64,000 nt of DNA from Parcubacteria group bacterium (GTDB lineage Bacteria > Patescibacteriota > Minisyncoccia > Phycocordibacterales > WO2-35-19), in NCBI GenBank assembly GCA_012514175.1, contig JAAZAU010000012.1, positions 3,479 to 67,478 on the forward strand, given 5' to 3'. The notes beneath the pieces are model-generated. The model was not told the DNA's origin, made no database searches, and was given only the letters and a program-made list of their open reading frames with translations. The first letter of the stretch is position 1. The number at the start of each line of letters is the position of its first letter. The position numbers were made by a program, and so were the translations under genes. Shown in pieces: positions 60,723 through 64,000 of the stretch.

Positions 60723-61301
60723 TTAAAAAGGTAACGTGAAGTTTAGAGCCGAAATATCTGAAGGTGTCTCCCAGTCTTTGGTGTCTAATTTAACTTCATT
60801 TAAATTGGGGCCTTCTTTAAAGAAAAGTTTGCCCTCTCTTAATACATATTCGTAGAGATCTTTAGTAATCCTGACATCATCCAAACAGTATTTTTTAACT
60901 TTTTCAACTTCACCATCACGCCACCATTTTATTGCATCTAACCCATGACCGCTTTTGTGAATACCTAAAGTCCCTTCCGCAATTTGATCAAGCTTCATTC
61001 TGCGACCAGCAGCTTTATGCATCTCTTTAAGTAAATCCAAATTTTTAACTTTCAATAAATCTCCCGGATAATATTTGTTTAACAAGGGAACATCAAAATG
61101 ATCACCGTTAAAAGTGATAAACATATCTGCATTTTCAATAATCTTCCAAAGTTCGTTAAACTCTTCAAGAACAAAAGTGCTATATTTATCTTTTTCATAT
61201 TCATAAATACCAACCACCGAAACATCCAAATCGGCTGGATTGTTTGACCCAACTTCTTGAAAAGTATTTAAAGTCTCAACATCAAAAACTACTTTTTTCA
61301 T
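60723..61301 (-). CDS. DEDD/RNase H-like 3'-5' exonuclease (YprB-like)
   Basis: VFDVET, FNGDHFDVP, LDQIA, KSGHG, YCLDDV. Confidence 0.85.
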   Translation of the reverse strand: MKKVVFDVETLNTFQEVGSNNPADLDVSVVGIYEYEKDKYSTFVLEEFNELWKIIENADMFITFNGDHFDVPLLNKYYPGDLLKVKNLDLLKEMHKAAGRRMKLDQIAEGTLGIHKSGHGLDAIKWWRDGEVEKVKKYCLDDVRITKDLYEYVLREGKLFFKEGPNLNEVKLDTKDWETPSDISALNFTLPF

Positions 61302-61316
61302 ATCACTCAGTTAAAT

Positions 61317-62615
61317 TTAAGAATTATCACGAATAACAGAAACAATTTCGTCAATACCACCAGATTTTTCTTTTCTGGTTTCAACATTTCTAATTACAAA
61401 CACTTTTTTTTCTAACTCTTCAGAGCCAATAGTTGTAACAAAAGGAATGCGTCTCTTGTCTAAAGATTTGAGCTGATCGCTTAGTTTGCGTCCTGAAATA
61501 TCAACAGTTACATTTATTTCTTTATCTTTTAATTCGTCAGCAATTTGATAAATTTTGGCCACATCAGCACCGGGCGCAACACAAATGTAAAGGTCTGTTC
61601 TGGATTTTATTTTTGGCAATAATTTGTGAGTTTCCAAAAAATCTTTGGTAGTTACATCACCCATACCAAAACCAATTCCTGACATAGATTGATTAGAGAA
61701 AGAACTTAAAAGATTATCATAACGACCACCGCCAAATATAGCGCGCGGATTTTCAGGATTAGTATCAAAAACTTCAAAGACTACCCCTGTGTAATAATCA
61801 AAACCTCTAGTAATAGTCGGATCAAAAACCACATTAGACACACCTCGGTCTCTCAAGGTTTCAATTGTCTGGTTGAGATGTTTGGTGGCCACACTTTGAT
61901 TCATAGTAGTTAAAAGACCTTCACCAAAATAAAAAGTTTTCAAAAGTTCTTCGGTTTTTTCTTCACCAATTAAAGTTACCAAAGAATGCCTAAAACTTTC
62001 ATCTGACATCTTGTTTTTTTTGTCTATAAGACGATACACAAACTGCACTTTATCTCCATCTATACCGATATTTTTAAAAAGATCATCCAAAAAAGCTCTA
62101 CTGTTTATTTTTATTTTGAAATCTTTATCATCAGCACCAAATTTTCTTAAGATGTCTGAAGCGATAGAAATAACTTCCACTTCTGCCCAAAAATCAGAAA
62201 CCCCAAACATGTCCACATTAAGTTGCCAATGTTCACGTAGACGACCGCGTTGAGGTTTTTCATAGCGAAAAAGGTTAGGAATAGAGAACCAGCGAATTGG
62301 CACTGGTAATTCTTGAATTTTGGAAGCAATCATCCTAGCTACAGTAGGAGTCATTTCTGGGCGTAAAGCCACTTCACGACCACCACGATCATTAAAAGAA
62401 TAGATCTGTTCATTAACTATCTCCTCACTAGTTTTTGATTTATAAAGAGAAAGAGGTTCTAACACCGAAGCCCCATATTCGTCATAACCCCAAGAAATAG
62501 CCACCTTTCTCATCATCCCAAAAATATAATTTTGAATAGCTTGATCCTCAGGAAAAAAATCTCTGACTCCTTTATAACTTTCCGTTGATATTTTTTTATT
62601 ACCAATTCCTAACAT
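61317..62615 (-). CDS. hisS: Histidyl-tRNA synthetase
   Basis: KGVRDFFP, LRPEMTP, FRYEKPQRGRLREHWQ, RGFDYYTG, GGGRYD. Confidence 0.97.
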   Translation of the reverse strand: MLGIGNKKISTESYKGVRDFFPEDQAIQNYIFGMMRKVAISWGYDEYGASVLEPLSLYKSKTSEEIVNEQIYSFNDRGGREVALRPEMTPTVARMIASKIQELPVPIRWFSIPNLFRYEKPQRGRLREHWQLNVDMFGVSDFWAEVEVISIASDILRKFGADDKDFKIKINSRAFLDDLFKNIGIDGDKVQFVYRLIDKKNKMSDESFRHSLVTLIGEEKTEELLKTFYFGEGLLTTMNQSVATKHLNQTIETLRDRGVSNVVFDPTITRGFDYYTGVVFEVFDTNPENPRAIFGGGRYDNLLSSFSNQSMSGIGFGMGDVTTKDFLETHKLLPKIKSRTDLYICVAPGADVAKIYQIADELKDKEINVTVDISGRKLSDQLKSLDKRRIPFVTTIGSEELEKKVFVIRNVETRKEKSGGIDEIVSVIRDNS

Positions 62616-62703
62616 CTCGCCTTCAATTATAGAAGATTTGCTCCAAAATCACAATAAAACATTATTTTGTTTTTGAGACAAAATATGTTATAAATACACA
62701 GTT

Positions 62704-62779
62704 GGGCCGTTAGCTCATTTGGTAGAGCGCCTCATTTGCACTGAGGAGGTGGCGGGTTCGAATCCTGTACGGTCCACCA
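62704..62779 (+). tRNA. tRNA-Ala(UGC)
   Basis: GGGCCGT/ACGGTCC acceptor stem with G3:U70, CCTCA-TTTGCAC-TGAGG, encoded CCA. Confidence 0.96.
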
Positions 62780-62978
62780 CTGGGATTTTTTCAATCATGT
62801 TTCGCCTTGGGAACAGAAAATCTATTCAAAATTATTTTTTGACCGCGACCCAGGAAATCCTGTTCCGGTTAAAAAAATCCTAAAACATTTTGAGAGATTC
62901 GGAAAATACAAACAGCTTGCCGTTCATTACATTTGGGAAGATTTATTTTGGAAACGCAAAAATGAAAAAATCCCGTGG
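62777..62978. repeat. ~200-bp structured element bounded by inverted repeats, abutting the tRNA-Ala 3' end
   Basis: ccac-t-gggattttttca (62777-62793) and tgaaaaaatccc-gtgg (62963-62978); nested stem attttttgaccg/cggttaaaaaaat. Confidence 0.55.
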
Positions 62979-63243
62979 CTAGAAAAAGAAATTCGGCTTT
63001 AATTTTTTGCCGATCTTTTCCCTTAGAAAACTGTTCAACAAAACCGAGTCTATTTCAGTTTTTAGGGTTTTCTGCAAAATGGGTTCTGACTTTTTCAAAC
63101 AAACACCACCAAATTGAATTTATCACCTTGTTCGCTGTTCCGCAAAAAAAGTTTTCTTTTCGCTTGATATGTTAATATAATTTCGTTATTATTGTTGCGG
63201 AGTTAATACAGTCTGTCTATTTTCAAACCAAAGGAGCTTTGAG

Positions 63244-63714
63244 TTGCAAGAATTAAAGAAATTTGTTTTTGAAGCGAAACAAGCAGGTTTTGCTCCCGGC
63301 AACCTTGGTATTAAAGAAAGCGATGGTTCCAAGACCATTATTTTTGAGAAAAATGACTGGAAACATCATAGCAACTATTTCGGCGGTGACCCTTATAGTG
63401 GTCGCGAAATTGTTTTATTCAAAGGGAAACCTATCTGGATAATGTTGTATTATGGTTGGGTAATTCTCAACGGTCACTACATCAGCACAAGGAAGATCTA
63501 CAACTGTCTGCGAGAAGCCTTGCTCGCCATTCCAGAAGACGGCCCTTATCGGGGACCACGAACCTTCTATCAGACAGAAACAAAAAATTTGATTTACACA
63601 AATTCTTGGATGGGGGAGATTAGTTGCTTCTCTGGCAAGGAAGCAGTCTACCTAAATGATCAAGCAGTTTACATCGCCACTTATTTGGGTGGCATGATTG
63701 ATCAGAAAAAATAA
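63244..63714 (+). CDS. DUF5680-like protein
   Basis: DGSK, NYFGGDPYSGREIV, WIMLYYG, LREAL, PYRGP, F.G.E, Y.GG; TTG start preceded by AAGGAG. Confidence 0.75.
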   Translation: MQELKKFVFEAKQAGFAPGNLGIKESDGSKTIIFEKNDWKHHSNYFGGDPYSGREIVLFKGKPIWIMLYYGWVILNGHYISTRKIYNCLREALLAIPEDGPYRGPRTFYQTETKNLIYTNSWMGEISCFSGKEAVYLNDQAVYIATYLGGMIDQKK

Positions 63715-63724
63715 TCCTCAAACC

Positions 63725-63751
63725 GCCCAGAAAGCCGTTGGCTTTCTGGGC
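63725..63751 (+). terminator. Hairpin terminator after the DUF5680-like gene
   Basis: Perfect 12-bp stem gcccagaaagcc-gtt-ggctttctgggc. Confidence 0.7.
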
Positions 63752-63871
63752 AACTTTTAAACACAATCTCTTAAAGTGGTTTAAAAACGGATTGGGTGTT
63801 GTTCTTTATAAAAAATGTTTATTAAAATAGTTTTAAACTATTACAAAAATTTAATTTAATACGTAATAAAA

Positions 63872-64000
63872 ATGAAAAGAGTTTTTTTAACACACGGTTG
63901 GCAAAGTTCACCGGAGAAGGGAATATTACCTTGGCTAAAAACCGAATTAACAAATCGGGAGTTTGAAGTGTTCGCTCTTTCAATGCCTGAACCCGAATAT
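63872..64000 (+). CDS. YdeN/RBBP9-type alpha/beta hydrolase, 3'-truncated by the window edge
   Basis: MKRVFLTHGWQSSPEKGILPWLKTEL...EVFALSMPEP, the typical N-terminus of this family; absent from the ORF track. Confidence 0.75.
   Translation, partial: MKRVFLTHGWQSSPEKGILPWLKTELTNREFEVFALSMPEPEY

Noticed and set aside
62975-63175. 66-aa plus-strand ORF after tRNA-Ala
   Set aside because: GTG start inside an inverted repeat and atypical composition; better explained as a relic or repeat.

Overview
AT-rich chromosomal window from a small-genome bacterium. I infer Patescibacteria/CPR (Parcubacteria-like) from the streamlined 16S helices, a 16S 3' end lacking the anti-Shine-Dalgarno sequence, a stand-alone 16S gene, short EF-Ts and a NusB-Nudix fusion. 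Content is mostly housekeeping: translation (rpsA, rplY, rpmE, prfA, rpsB, tsf, thrS, hisS, rpmF, rpsP, trmD, five tRNAs, one 16S rRNA), replication and transcription (gyrB, dnaE, rnhB, nusB, rnc, smc, rnr, rpoB-rpoC-dnaG-rpoD, a UvrD-nuclease), a class II ribonucleotide reductase, and sugar metabolism (gap-rpiB-rpe-tkt, pfkB, fba; glycerate kinase-ppsA-eno). I saw no CRISPR array, intact IS or prophage. The most striking pattern concerns translation initiation: the 16S has no anti-SD and many core genes look leaderless (-10 box exactly 6 nt before the start), yet a few self-contained accessory cassettes carry perfect SD sites, and an unannotated ~120-nt sRNA gene between smc and rnr displays CCUCC in a loop. 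Other notable items are a single-chain mitochondrial-type PheRS, a hinge-less 751-aa SMC, a switchable hairpin in the rnc leader, an ~80-nt insertion in 16S helix 40, and palindromic in-frame insertions in housekeeping genes. All calls come from reading motifs by eye; no searches or folding computations were run.
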